A DNA stretch of 64,000 nucleotides from a virus. Where the stretch lies: positions 32,001 to 96,000 of the IMG/VR virus record IMGVR_UViG_3300008952_003220; one strand, written 5' to 3'. The notes below the pieces were generated by a model. It had not been told where the DNA came from and did no database searches. It was given only the letters and a program-made list of their open reading frames with translations. Each line of letters opens with the position of its first letter. The first letter of the stretch is position 1. Made by a program: the position numbers and the translations under genes. Below are positions 48,200-57,786 of the stretch, piece by piece.

Positions 48200-49894
48200 A
48201 TGGAAACAGCTAGTGAGAAAAAAGTGAGCAATATATCAGACCTTAGCCTCTTAATTAGAATGATGTTGCAAGAGCAGACAGAGAGAATACCCACTTCTAG
48301 AAGACAGGAGCGCACTGGGATCCCTGCTAAGCCCATTAGAACATACATACAATTTGTCAACCAGATAGTTAGAGGTAGTACTAAAAGACCGGTCGTGGTT
48401 TACGCATATAATGATAGAACTATGGCAGCCTTTTCAGATGACATTCAAAGAATTGCACAGTGGTCTGAAAGATTTGAACAACGAGGTATTGAGTTCTTTA
48501 AGATTAACACAGATTCAAGAAATCCAAGTGTAAGAAGGGCGTATGAAGACTATATCAATGAAACAGAGGTCAGGTATCAGCTACCAAAGATTCAAGTCTG
48601 GAGAGCCGGTCAGCCAGTTTTTATTGACTCTGGAAACATTTCAACATCTGCTACCCTAGAAGCCCTGCGCAGTCTAGTATACAATCAAGGAGATCCTCAT
48701 CCTGATATCGACAATGTTGTATTTTCAAGATACGGTGATGACGGTGAACAGAGATGGAAGGCTGCTGAGGGATATATGTTTGATCCCAATGCCGACGACC
48801 TTAGTGTTATTCAGAAACCAGACCCTCAGAGACAAGTGAATGTTGAGGCTGATTTAGACTCTGATCTATCTACGAGCCCTGCCTCTGATCTATCTACGAG
48901 CCCTGGGACCCCTGAGGCCCCAGCCGTTACAAATATCTCATTCTCATATGATGATGGTAAAGCTGTTGTCAGTGTGATCACGAATGCTGCGGTCACTGAA
49001 GACAAGATCAGTTTTTACAGGCTAGAAAGACAATTAATTATTGATCTGGAAGGCACCACCCTCCCCGCAGACATAGCTCAGCTGGCAGGTGACGGTGAGC
49101 TGATCGATCGGATTGAGGCCGTGGATTTTGCAGATGGTGGGATATTTACTCGCGTGAGAATTTATTCTGGACGTGCAGAACCTATTCTACCTCCCCCAGA
49201 GGTCGCGGACGGGATAATCAGAGTCTCTGTTGATCCCATACTTTCTGATCGATGCATGACCGATCCACCTGAAGAGCAGTATTTTCAAACCGAGTATGAG
49301 GGTACCGAGGTAGTGCTTAGCTGGTCTCCCTCTGCTGGGTCTGCAAGCGGATGTGAAACAGCTGTGCGCTCCGATGGGTCAATAGCACACGCTAGGTATT
49401 TTTATTTTACAGAAACCAATCGTTTTGGCTACCGCGCACCAGGAGACACGGATATGATTATGCTTAGCTCGCGTGCTAGCCTGGAGTCCATAATGGACAA
49501 TACAGTTCCCCGGGGCTATGCAGTACCCTGGGCAGATGACAGGGAAGAGATCTTGGGCTCAGCAAGGGCTTCTGCTAGCAGCGGTAGCGAGTCAGATCAC
49601 TCACCAGATGTCATACGAATTGTAGCTGGCTATGATTATGAAACACTTAGCTCACCATCCCTTAGCTACGGAAGAGATAGCGGAGGCAAGTATATCAGAC
49701 TTCCTAATGTTTCTGCTGGGAGTGACAGACAGGATGCACGGATGAGTACCGCCCTAGATGCGAACGGAGTGACCGACGCTCTCCACGATGCTGGTCACAC
49801 AGACTACGCAGGAGAGCCTCATCCCCGGCTGGAACAAGGAGCCGCCGCGTATCCGAGAGCAAACCACATAAGAGTCTACAAGATAGAAGAATAA
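48200..49894 (+). CDS. tagged multidomain protein (thioredoxin-like region plus AMIN-like domain)
   Basis: LSLLIRMMLQE; FFKINTD..LPKIQVW; VTNISF...QLIIDLEG...IDRIEA...TRVRI. Confidence 0.6.
   Translation: METASEKKVSNISDLSLLIRMMLQEQTERIPTSRRQERTGIPAKPIRTYIQFVNQIVRGSTKRPVVVYAYNDRTMAAFSDDIQRIAQWSERFEQRGIEFFKINTDSRNPSVRRAYEDYINETEVRYQLPKIQVWRAGQPVFIDSGNISTSATLEALRSLVYNQGDPHPDIDNVVFSRYGDDGEQRWKAAEGYMFDPNADDLSVIQKPDPQRQVNVEADLDSDLSTSPASDLSTSPGTPEAPAVTNISFSYDDGKAVVSVITNAAVTEDKISFYRLERQLIIDLEGTTLPADIAQLAGDGELIDRIEAVDFADGGIFTRVRIYSGRAEPILPPPEVADGIIRVSVDPILSDRCMTDPPEEQYFQTEYEGTEVVLSWSPSAGSASGCETAVRSDGSIAHARYFYFTETNRFGYRAPGDTDMIMLSSRASLESIMDNTVPRGYAVPWADDREEILGSARASASSGSESDHSPDVIRIVAGYDYETLSSPSLSYGRDSGGKYIRLPNVSAGSDRQDARMSTALDANGVTDALHDAGHTDYAGEPHPRLEQGAAAYPRANHIRVYKIEE
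48859..48905 (+). repeat. 24-bp in-frame tandem duplication (SDLSTSP x2)
   Basis: CTCTGATCTATCTACGAGCCCTG occurs twice. Confidence 0.9.
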
Positions 49895-49945
49895 ATCGTG
49901 TAAACCTAAGACTGGCTGTGGTATAATAACCAGGTAATTAAGAGG

Positions 49946-50290
49946 ATGCACATGTCAAACAGCACAACTGTTAGATTCGGTGATCAAACTGCTTCTTTGC
50001 AAGATGTCACCTTTTACGTCTTTGATGAGAGCTCTAATCGAGCGCTAGAGTATTTTAGAACTCTTGAGTATCCTGAGGAGCTTGACGTTGCAGTTGACTG
50101 CGGTCATGCCTCTCGTGTCGCAGCTGAGGATGCCATTGAGGCATACACAGTCTTGCGTCGATCGCTGTTTATGATCGACTCAATGCTTCAGGCAGGTTAC
50201 ATCGAAGATGTTAGACTTCTAATCTCTGACACCTTGTCAGATGTTAAGATGAGAGAGCAGGAAAAAAGAGATACGCTAATCATTGATTAG
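49946..50290 (+). CDS. hypothetical protein
   Basis: 114 aa; class A promoter at 49898. Confidence 0.7.
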   Translation: MHMSNSTTVRFGDQTASLQDVTFYVFDESSNRALEYFRTLEYPEELDVAVDCGHASRVAAEDAIEAYTVLRRSLFMIDSMLQAGYIEDVRLLISDTLSDVKMREQEKRDTLIID

Positions 50291-50301
50291 GATATAGTTA
50301 T

Positions 50302-50378
50302 GCGCCCTTAGCTCAGCTGGATAGAGCATCGGTCTTCTAAACCGAGGGTCGCAGGTTCGAGTCCTGCAGGGCGTACCA
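50302..50378 (+). tRNA. tRNA-Arg(TCT)
   Basis: TCGGT-CT-TCT-AA-ACCGA and CCA. Confidence 0.95.
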
Positions 50379-50383
50379 TATAT

Positions 50384-50460
50384 TCCCCCTTAGCTCAGCT
50401 GGTTAGAGCACCGGACTGTTAATCCGGGTGTCGTTGGTTCAAGTCCAACAGGGGGAGCCA
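50384..50460 (+). tRNA. tRNA-Asn(GTT)
   Basis: CCGGA-CT-GTT-AA-TCCGG, G73 and CCA. Confidence 0.95.
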
Positions 50461-50478
50461 AAAATTAAGGAAACAATT

Positions 50479-50703
50479 ATGAGACTTTTTACTATGCTTG
50501 TCACAACACTTTTTTGTCTAGGTGTTGTTGACCTCATTGAAAATGGAATGGCAAGTGTGGAATTCAGAACAGATGGGGATGAGACCTATCACGCTGATAT
50601 TCCTGTTGAACTTTTTCCATGTGAGATCAAAGAGGGAACTCCTTTCTATGCAGAGATCATCAATGGAGTGACTGAGATTCGTTGCGGAGAACCGCCGGAG
50701 TAG
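50479..50703 (+). CDS. small protein (DUF3006-like) inside the tRNA cluster
   Basis: GVVDLIE...IPVELFPCEIKEG; start moved out of the tRNA. Confidence 0.6.
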   Translation: MRLFTMLVTTLFCLGVVDLIENGMASVEFRTDGDETYHADIPVELFPCEIKEGTPFYAEIINGVTEIRCGEPPE

Positions 50704-50715
50704 TATGATTAATGT

Positions 50716-50791
50716 GCCACCGTAGCTCAGTTGGTAGAGCAGCTGATTTGTAATCAGCCGGTCGGAGGTTCGAGTCCTCTCGGTGGCTCCA
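50716..50791 (+). tRNA. tRNA-Thr(TGT)
   Basis: GCTGA-TT-TGT-AA-TCAGC and CCA. Confidence 0.95.
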
Positions 50792-50802
50792 TTGAGACTT
50801 AA

Positions 50803-51537
50803 ATGCTAATTTGCCCACAAAGAAAGTTTATCTTTTTTAAGCCCCTAAAGTGTGCAGGGACATCAGTCGAGCATGCCCTGTATGCTGCCACAGGTCCAGA
50901 TGCATTGTGCACAGGTAGCTCCTCTGGTAGCGGTGAGATTGAGTATGGCTCAAGAAATAATGAGCTCTTAGTTAACGGTCAACAGGCTATGCGATTTGTA
51001 CAGCACACACCGCCGGGCCTTTTTTATTCTAGAGTCGCCGACCCTGACTGGTATTATGACTATGCTAACATTACAATTGTAAGAAATCCATGGGATGCCC
51101 TGGTTTCTTTTTACTGGTGGTGTGTGAGAAGAGCGGGCACAGCAGAGGAGTGGATAATAAAACCAGATGATTCGCCAGGTGATATGGTAAAAAAGTTTGA
51201 GACTGTAATGACAATGCCTGCGATATATTCGAATGATCTAATTGCTCATGAAATCGGGCTGGGTGCTTCTGTCTCTTCAGCTTTTATCTTTTTTCATACA
51301 CTGAATAATCTATTTATTGATGACAGGATTGACTGTTACTTACATTTTGAAAGCTTAGAAAGAGACTTTAGTGATCTGTGCGCAGAGCTTCAAATTAATG
51401 ATGCGAAATTGCACAAGCACAAGACCAGTCAGAGAAAGATGAAGTCTGATTATAGAAAGTATTACAATTCCTGGATGAGAAATATAGTTGCAGAAAAATT
51501 TTCCAGCTATATCAAAAAGTTCAACTATAGCTTTTAA
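50803..51537 (+). CDS. sulfotransferase family 2 protein
   Basis: FIFFKPLKCAGTS, VRNPWDALVSFY and FESLERD. Confidence 0.85.
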   Translation: MLICPQRKFIFFKPLKCAGTSVEHALYAATGPDALCTGSSSGSGEIEYGSRNNELLVNGQQAMRFVQHTPPGLFYSRVADPDWYYDYANITIVRNPWDALVSFYWWCVRRAGTAEEWIIKPDDSPGDMVKKFETVMTMPAIYSNDLIAHEIGLGASVSSAFIFFHTLNNLFIDDRIDCYLHFESLERDFSDLCAELQINDAKLHKHKTSQRKMKSDYRKYYNSWMRNIVAEKFSSYIKKFNYSF

Positions 51538-51581
51538 ATGTTCAAATGTCTTGAGATTCTATACTTATCATTGTACGAGGT

Positions 51582-52004
51582 TTGATGATGGCAGCAAAGA
51601 CTGGAATAAGAGGAGAGCAGATAAAGGATGACTCTGTCACAGGTAGTGATATTGACGAAAGCACTCTTCGATATCCCGTAACATCCCTGTGGTCAGGAAA
51701 TGATCCAGGAACAACATATACTGTAGCAGATGGAGATTATGTTATTTTGGTTAGCACGCGCCCCACAGCACAGGGTGGGATAGATAGCGCCATTACAATA
51801 ACGATGCCAAGTGCGTCAACTGCAGGAAGAGTTGTTATAATAAAAGATGCAGGTGGGTATTCACAAACAAACGCGATTACAATTCAAAGAGACGGCTCTG
51901 ATAACTTTGAAGGGAATCCGTCAACAACTTCAATACAGCACTCTAGTGATGCTGAATCAATAACATTGATATCAAATGGTAATAGTAGCTGGTATAAGAT
52001 TTAA
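51582..52004 (+). CDS. putative tail fibre or structural protein
   Basis: QIKDDSVTGSDI, ITITMP and VVIIKD...W motifs; ATACTTA at 51561. Confidence 0.6.
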   Translation: MMMAAKTGIRGEQIKDDSVTGSDIDESTLRYPVTSLWSGNDPGTTYTVADGDYVILVSTRPTAQGGIDSAITITMPSASTAGRVVIIKDAGGYSQTNAITIQRDGSDNFEGNPSTTSIQHSSDAESITLISNGNSSWYKI

Positions 52005-52037
52005 GAATTACCGCACTGGTGTACATTTTCAATTAGT

Positions 52038-52433
52038 GTGATATCATTGTTTAATGCTGGAGGGGCCCTATGCCAGGTGTACTATAAAGCCGAAATACTT
52101 GCACTTCAAAACGGTCGCGACTATCATGTTGCTGCAATTCTGCGTCGTGGAAAGAGAGTTGTCAAGATCGGTGAGAACACTGACAAGACACATCCTCGGT
52201 TTAAGCGACAGTACTCTGATGGGTCATGGGCATCTCACATGCATGCAGAAATGAATGTTCTTAGATTTGCACTACCTGGAGATGAGATCGAAGTTCTTCG
52301 ATTTAGAAAGTGTGATCATGTTAGAACAATGGCAAGACCTTGCAGTCTTTGTATTGACCAAATGAGAAAAGCAGGAATTAAACGTGTCAGGTTTACTAAC
52401 TGGAAAGGTGAGTGGGAAATAATTGACCTCTAG
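52038..52433 (+). CDS. zinc-dependent cytidine/dCMP-type deaminase
   Basis: HVAA, HAEM and RPCSLC. Confidence 0.8.
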   Translation: MISLFNAGGALCQVYYKAEILALQNGRDYHVAAILRRGKRVVKIGENTDKTHPRFKRQYSDGSWASHMHAEMNVLRFALPGDEIEVLRFRKCDHVRTMARPCSLCIDQMRKAGIKRVRFTNWKGEWEIIDL

Positions 52434-52722
52434 TGATAAAGATGATTTTAAATTTAAAGCAGGAGATCTTGTCTGGATTACAGAGCCAGATGACAATCTA
52501 GAGGCAGGTGTTGTTATCAATGGCTACGTGATCTCTGAATATCCCTTTGACGGATACGGTAGAAGTCATGATATGATAAAGTACAGGGTCATGTCTGCAA
52601 AGGGTGTTCTTTCTGTTTACGAGGATAGCTTATGTAGCCTATCAGATATAAGAGATGGTAAAAGAAAAGGAAATAGTTGTAGAAATGGACGAAGCTCGTA
52701 TCTCTATTTTGAAATCACTTAG
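52423..52722 (+). CDS. SH3-like protein
   Basis: FKAGDLVWI...GVVI. Confidence 0.6.
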   Translation: MTSSDKDDFKFKAGDLVWITEPDDNLEAGVVINGYVISEYPFDGYGRSHDMIKYRVMSAKGVLSVYEDSLCSLSDIRDGKRKGNSCRNGRSSYLYFEIT

Positions 52723-52948
52723 CGCATCTGTTGAGATTATCAAGAGAGAGTGCGATGAGATTTTATCTAAAATAGAGAAAGAGGGAATCAGTGCAAATTA
52801 CTCTGTAAACTCTTCGCTTAAGTCAAATTGTGCAAAGGCAACTAGGCATTGTATGGAGCTGTATTATTTAAAAAGGTGGAGAAACAAAATTGAAAAAAAC
52901 AAGAAAAAGCAAAAAAGGAAAGAGAAAAAAGATGCAGTGGGAAGTTAG
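52655..52948 (+). CDS. hypothetical protein
   Basis: 97-aa ORF. Confidence 0.55.
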   Translation: MVKEKEIVVEMDEARISILKSLSASVEIIKRECDEILSKIEKEGISANYSVNSSLKSNCAKATRHCMELYYLKRWRNKIEKNKKKQKRKEKKDAVGS

Positions 52949-53111
52949 AGAATTTAAGGGGGAAAGGATGCCGTGGCGAGTCTGTCTTGTTGGGACAAAG
53001 GAAGATGTGATCTACGGAGCTTCTTTTAACAAGAATATTGCACAAATTACAGCTAAAAGATTAAATAATTCTGAGAATGCTGTAGATTTAGATGAAGATA
53101 GTGGAGATTAG
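52932..53111 (+). CDS. hypothetical protein
   Basis: MQWEV... start overlapping the upstream ORF. Confidence 0.55.
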   Translation: MQWEVREFKGERMPWRVCLVGTKEDVIYGASFNKNIAQITAKRLNNSENAVDLDEDSGD

Positions 53112-53309
53112 ATGTTTAAGGTTGGTGATCGTGTTGCACCTTTTGACAACATGACAATGAAAGGGACAGTCGTAGACATGAAAAAGCAAGGAAGTGATCA
53201 GTGGATGGTCGGAGGTGCGATGCAGCACATATTTATAATCAAGGTAGTCCTAGATGATGATCAAGGAGAGGTTGAGTTTAGGGCTGATAGATTAAGGCGG
53301 CTTGAATAA
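53112..53309 (+). CDS. SH3-like protein
   Basis: MFKVGDRV...GTVV. Confidence 0.7.
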   Translation: MFKVGDRVAPFDNMTMKGTVVDMKKQGSDQWMVGGAMQHIFIIKVVLDDDQGEVEFRADRLRRLE

Positions 53310-53312
53310 GAG

Positions 53313-53576
53313 ATGGCGAAGCAGATTGGAACTACAATACCTGATATAAAAAATGAGACAATTAAATCTTTTGACAGGCAAGAAGACGGAACATATAGAA
53401 TGACAACTAAGCTAGTCACAAGGAACAGGGGAACTGGAAAGATTCAAACTGTATCTGAAGAAACTCTGGATGACGTCTATAAAATTACAAGGGAATCAGA
53501 TTTTGACGAGGAGCTTGAATTTTTAGATCCTGATGGGAAAGCTTCTAGCATTAGATTTAAAAAAATTCTTTCATAA
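53313..53576 (+). CDS. hypothetical protein
   Basis: 87-aa ORF. Confidence 0.65.
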   Translation: MAKQIGTTIPDIKNETIKSFDRQEDGTYRMTTKLVTRNRGTGKIQTVSEETLDDVYKITRESDFDEELEFLDPDGKASSIRFKKILS

Positions 53577-53601
53577 AAATAATAAATCATAGTTCAGATT
53601 G

Positions 53602-53632
53602 AAAAAAGAGACCTTAGGTCTCTTTTTTTTTT
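53602..53632. terminator. intrinsic terminator
   Basis: AAAAAAGAGACC-TTA-GGTCTCTTTTTTTT. Confidence 0.8.
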
Positions 53633-53818
53633 ATGTTTTCATAATTATATCCGACATGGATATCATAAAAAAGATCTTTCCAGTCGTTTGGCTGGTTTTT
53701 ATTTTTATTAATATTGGGTTGTGCTGTTTCTGGTTTCTATGGGGAGATACAGGAATGATTCTATGGCATTTGCTTATGGGATTTCTATGTCACATTGGAT
53801 ATATTAGATCAAATTCAA

Positions 53819-54472
53819 ATGAAAATTAGTAAATCTATTCTTATACTGTTTATCTTTCTATTTCATCTTCCAGCAGGGGTGACATCAAAAGAAGCCCTGT
53901 CTGATACTTCTGTGTCTGAGCTTAGTGGTGAAGAAGACCTAGAGTCAGTCTCAAGAAGGGGACAGGTCATCGGCTATTGGTCACGACCGCCAAGTGTAAG
54001 AATCTGCGATGGTGCTCCTGTTACTATGACACGAGTTAATCAGGCAGTTGAATTTTGGCGACGGCTAGGGTATGAATTTGGTTCAATCGTAAGAGATAGC
54101 TCTGCTGACTGTTCTTTTACAAGAATTGAAGGAAGCATAATGATAGGCCTTCCAGATCAAAACTTTGTTGAACCTAACCTTGCTATGACAAGGACTCTAA
54201 CATCTGATGTAACTAAAGAGATTGTAATGGCTAAAATATCAATAAAGTCTGAATCTGCCACGACTGAGAGAGTTCTCGAGCATGAATTCGGTCATGCTCT
54301 AGGCTGGCGACATTTTAATAGAAGATATCATATAATGAACGGAGAGCTTCAGCGAGGAGGCTGGACAGTAACAGGCTTAAGAAGGTCGGAGCTTATTGAA
54401 AAGCTACAGGAATCGTTTCCAGATGAAACGTCTGGTTTGATAAATTTAACAGTTGAAGTTTGTGAAGAATGA
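53819..54472 (+). CDS. exported matrixin-type zinc metalloprotease
   Basis: Signal-like N-terminus; HEFGHALGWRH plus Met-turn (IM). Confidence 0.85.
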   Translation: MKISKSILILFIFLFHLPAGVTSKEALSDTSVSELSGEEDLESVSRRGQVIGYWSRPPSVRICDGAPVTMTRVNQAVEFWRRLGYEFGSIVRDSSADCSFTRIEGSIMIGLPDQNFVEPNLAMTRTLTSDVTKEIVMAKISIKSESATTERVLEHEFGHALGWRHFNRRYHIMNGELQRGGWTVTGLRRSELIEKLQESFPDETSGLINLTVEVCEE

Positions 54473-54494
54473 CTGCAGGGATGATAGTTAATAG

Positions 54495-54749
54495 ATGCAG
54501 GTGGGAAAAATGACAATAACAAAAACTCAAGCATTAAAAAAAATTATCAAAGAAGAGCTTAAAGACATTCTGTCAAATGACTCAGCGGCTGATGTTAAGG
54601 CAGTTGAAGATGCATTTGCTGGGGGAGACAATCTATCAAGTCCAGTTGATCATCTCAAGGCTCAAGGGATCAAAGAGACTAGAGTTAAAAGTGCTCGTGC
54701 CTTGAGAAAAATAATAGCCCAAGAGCTTAATAGACTAAATCGAATTTAG
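54495..54749 (+). CDS. small tagged protein
   Basis: MTITKTQALKKIIKEEL and LRKIIAQEL. Confidence 0.7.
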   Translation: MQVGKMTITKTQALKKIIKEELKDILSNDSAADVKAVEDAFAGGDNLSSPVDHLKAQGIKETRVKSARALRKIIAQELNRLNRI

Positions 54750-55081
54750 ATTTGATCTAAGTTTTGAGCGAATATTTGCCTAACTTTTCCTCTAAAGAAT
54801 ATTTCATAAACATCGTAGGCAAACCATTCTGGATCTCTGATTATCTTGTTTGGCCTCCCAACATATCTTAGAATAAGAACTATATCGTCATGCATTATGA
54901 TTGAACTTTTTCCTGTAAAGTCATCTAAAGACGGATAGGAATCTAGGTTAATTTTAGAAAATACTGAAAATCCGTCTGCATCGCTGGGATAGATCAGTGC
55001 AAATCCGTCTTTTGTACAGGTGAGATTTTCAACTTTAACAATGGCTAGATCAGATGATTTAAAGAATTTTTTCTTTTTCAT
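54746..55081 (-). CDS. hypothetical protein (SH3-like)
   Basis: Only ORF covering the gap; FKSSDLAIV...YEIFF. Confidence 0.6.
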   Translation of the reverse strand: MKKKKFFKSSDLAIVKVENLTCTKDGFALIYPSDADGFSVFSKINLDSYPSLDDFTGKSSIIMHDDIVLILRYVGRPNKIIRDPEWFAYDVYEIFFRGKVRQIFAQNLDQI

Positions 55082-55136
55082 ATCGATATGTCTATAAGAT
55101 TGCCAAACTGACTTTAGCGATAATAATTAGTATTGT

Positions 55137-55418
55137 GTGAGAAAATCAATGCTTATTTCTGAAATACAACTTAGACATCTGATCCGAGAATCTTTAACAA
55201 AAACAGATAAGGATGAGATAGCGAGAATTGCTAGAAGAGAAATGAGAGATCTTTTCAAGGATGAGTATATGAAAAAGATGGAGAAAGAGATTGAGTCTGT
55301 CTTGAAGTCAAAGAACTATGAAAAGGACATCGTTGATCTTGTTAAAAAGGTAATGATCAAGGTTTACAAGGAGCTATCTTTTAACCAGCCGCACATAATT
55401 AGACAAGTCCGGGTCTAA
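55137..55418 (+). CDS. small tagged protein
   Basis: MLISEIQLRHLIRESL. Confidence 0.7.
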   Translation: MRKSMLISEIQLRHLIRESLTKTDKDEIARIARREMRDLFKDEYMKKMEKEIESVLKSKNYEKDIVDLVKKVMIKVYKELSFNQPHIIRQVRV

Positions 55419-55423
55419 GAAAT

Positions 55424-55720
55424 GTGAGTCCAGTTGATAAATACGGAATAAGCGTAGGTGACCTGGTAAGGTTTTGCATTGACTCAAAGACCCTACCACC
55501 CAAGATCATACCAAAAGAAAACCCTATAGGCATTGTTCTTGACATCTTTCGTATAAAAATTGGATCTGATCCAAAGACTCAAAGCTTCTTGGATCTAGCA
55601 AGGGTAAGATGGAACTGCCCAAAATGGAATTCTAAAAAAGGATCATCTGAGGAGCACCCCGGAGACCTAGTTCTAGTTCAGTCCTTAGAGAGTATATCTA
55701 AAGACTGTGATACATATTAA
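55424..55720 (+). CDS. SH3-like protein
   Basis: ISVGDLVRF...GIVL...VRW. Confidence 0.65.
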   Translation: MSPVDKYGISVGDLVRFCIDSKTLPPKIIPKENPIGIVLDIFRIKIGSDPKTQSFLDLARVRWNCPKWNSKKGSSEEHPGDLVLVQSLESISKDCDTY

Positions 55721-55734
55721 CATGGGGGTTCGAT

Positions 55735-55908
55735 ATGCGTGATTCAAAGAGAAGAAGAAGGGTATATCATGAAAAGAAAAAAATCCGAGACGCTATAAAG
55801 ATTTCGAATGATGTTTCACGTAAAGCTAGAGAAATTTCAATCTATAGTCTGATTCTTGGATTTATAAATATTTGTTTCATCATGTACTTGATGGTCAACA
55901 GCTTGTAA
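55735..55908 (+). CDS. 57-aa basic protein with C-terminal TM (not in ORF track)
   Basis: MRDSKRRRR...IYSLILGFINICFIMYLMV; GGGGG RBS. Confidence 0.55.
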   Translation: MRDSKRRRRVYHEKKKIRDAIKISNDVSRKAREISIYSLILGFINICFIMYLMVNSL

Positions 55909-55951
55909 ACTGGATTTCTTTTGAGTTATAAATTAAAGGGGTAAAGATAAA

Positions 55952-56281
55952 ATGAGTAAAAGAAGTGAAGATGAAAAATCTAAGAGCAATAGTGCACCAG
56001 CTAAAAGAGTTACACTAAAACAGCTTCAGTCTAAGTTAGTCGAATTACAAATTCAGTCAGAGACTCAGAGCAGGACACTTAAGCATAAAGTAGATGTTCT
56101 CATTGATAAGATTAATCTTATCAATATTAGCCTTTCTGCAATTAGACCAAAAAAGAAAGTCTCTTTGGTTGATAGATTCTCTATATTTTCTTCAAGATAT
56201 AATCTTAGACTTCTGGTATCTGCATCATTGTGTCTTAGCATGGCTGCTTTCGGTATTTTTTGGCTGTTTAACAGCATGTAA
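55952..56281 (+). CDS. coiled-coil protein with C-terminal TM
   Basis: 109 aa with hydrophobic C-terminus. Confidence 0.65.
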   Translation: MSKRSEDEKSKSNSAPAKRVTLKQLQSKLVELQIQSETQSRTLKHKVDVLIDKINLINISLSAIRPKKKVSLVDRFSIFSSRYNLRLLVSASLCLSMAAFGIFWLFNSM

Positions 56282-56329
56282 GCGTGTAACTTTGATGCCC
56301 TTGTTATACAATTAAAGGGTGGAGAAGAA

Positions 56330-56581
56330 ATGAAAATTCCCAAGAGGTATAAGAAACAAGCAAAGCAGCAGATTAAAAGCTCTGCTCGATCATCTGAGAT
56401 TAAAAAACCTAAAATGGTCTGGTCTGTGAAGAAGGGTGATCTTGTTTCTGTTAATGATTCTAGTTACGGCATTGTTGTCGAGATTAATAGGAATCACTTC
56501 TTGGTTCTTTCTTCATCTGGGACAAGCTGGCACCACGGTAAAAGGGTTCTAAAGGTCCAAACTTTTTCCACTTTCCCATAA
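56330..56581 (+). CDS. SH3-like protein
   Basis: VKKGDLV...GIVV; class A promoter at 56284. Confidence 0.65.
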   Translation: MKIPKRYKKQAKQQIKSSARSSEIKKPKMVWSVKKGDLVSVNDSSYGIVVEINRNHFLVLSSSGTSWHHGKRVLKVQTFSTFP

Positions 56582-56639
56582 TACGTGCAAGTATGATACT
56601 GTTTTGGTATAATGATAATGTTCCACATTAAAGGAGAAT

Positions 56640-57716
56640 ATGATGGACATCAAAACCTTTGTTAGCGTTGTTTCTAAGCTACCGCCAGACGTCGCTGTTC
56701 TAGTTCGAGGACCAACTGGTGTTGGAAAGTCACAGATCTTTAGGCAGGTCGCTGATCAAGTTCTTCTTGCTGACGGTAGCGAAGGTCTTGAGGTCATTGA
56801 TAGGCGCTTGGCCCAGATGACTGAGGGAGATATTATCGGTCTTCCAGAGCTTGTTGACGGTGTTACACGTTTCGCTCCAGTTGATTGGCTTCTCAGAGCG
56901 TGTCGTGAGCCCGTTGTCCTTTTCCTTGATGAGCTTAATCGGGCAACGATGGAGGTTCAGCAATGTGCATTCCAGCTTGTTCTTGACAGAGAGCTCAACG
57001 GTCATCATCTTCATCCAGAGACGAGGATTTATGCTGCTGTTAATGCTGGATCTGAGTATCAGGTTAATGAGATGGGTCCTGCACTTCAGCGTAGATTTTG
57101 GACAGTTGATCTAGAGCCTACAAAAGAAGACTGGATCCAGTGGGCTACAGGAGATAGAAATATGGACTCTGTAGTTGTTGATTTTATTAGAAATCATGGT
57201 GCTCATCTTCGTCATACTGGTCAGATTGATCCAGGAAAGGTTTATCCGAATCCAGCTAGCTGGGATCGACTTGAGAGAAGCATGGTTCATGCTGGAATGT
57301 CACCCACGTCTATCGCAGGAAAGACAACTCCGAGCGGATTCTATGCTCTCTGTCTTGGGTTTGTTGGAGTCGAAGCAGCAATTTCATTCCAGTCGTTCGT
57401 ACGAGATTACGAGATGCAGGTCAGTGCTGAGGATATCTTGAATACCTATGATGATTTTGCAGACGATATCAAGAAGCTTACTACAGATAAGCACAACTCT
57501 CTAATTGAGAAGCTTATTGATCATTGCAAGGATAATGACTGGAATCCGATTCAAGCTAAGAATGCATCTGACTTCGTTAAGACGTTGCCTGGTGAGATGG
57601 TGGTGTCTTTCTTTAATTCAGTAATGGAGACCAATCACGTACCCAACATCAAGTCAGTCCATAAGTTCATTGGGAAGCTCGTAGTTGACATTGTCACTCT
57701 GTCACAAAAGGTCTAG
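56640..57716 (+). CDS. MoxR-like AAA+ ATPase
   Basis: GPTGVGKS, LFLDELNRA, AAVN and ALQRRF. Confidence 0.9.
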   Translation: MMDIKTFVSVVSKLPPDVAVLVRGPTGVGKSQIFRQVADQVLLADGSEGLEVIDRRLAQMTEGDIIGLPELVDGVTRFAPVDWLLRACREPVVLFLDELNRATMEVQQCAFQLVLDRELNGHHLHPETRIYAAVNAGSEYQVNEMGPALQRRFWTVDLEPTKEDWIQWATGDRNMDSVVVDFIRNHGAHLRHTGQIDPGKVYPNPASWDRLERSMVHAGMSPTSIAGKTTPSGFYALCLGFVGVEAAISFQSFVRDYEMQVSAEDILNTYDDFADDIKKLTTDKHNSLIEKLIDHCKDNDWNPIQAKNASDFVKTLPGEMVVSFFNSVMETNHVPNIKSVHKFIGKLVVDIVTLSQKV

Positions 57717-57726
57717 ATGGGCATCA

Positions 57727-57769
57727 AAAACCCGCTATGCGTGTAGCATAGCGGGTTTTGTATTATAAT
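57727..57769 (+). promoter_or_regulatory. 14-bp inverted repeat overlapping a GTGTAG-N17-TATAAT promoter
   Basis: AAAACCCGCTATGC-GTGTA-GCATAGCGGGTTTT. Confidence 0.7.
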
Positions 57770-57786
57770 ATAACCAGGAGGTATCA

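Noticed and set aside
48859-48905. 24-bp tandem repeat as a functional array
   Set aside because: Only two copies, in frame within a protein linker
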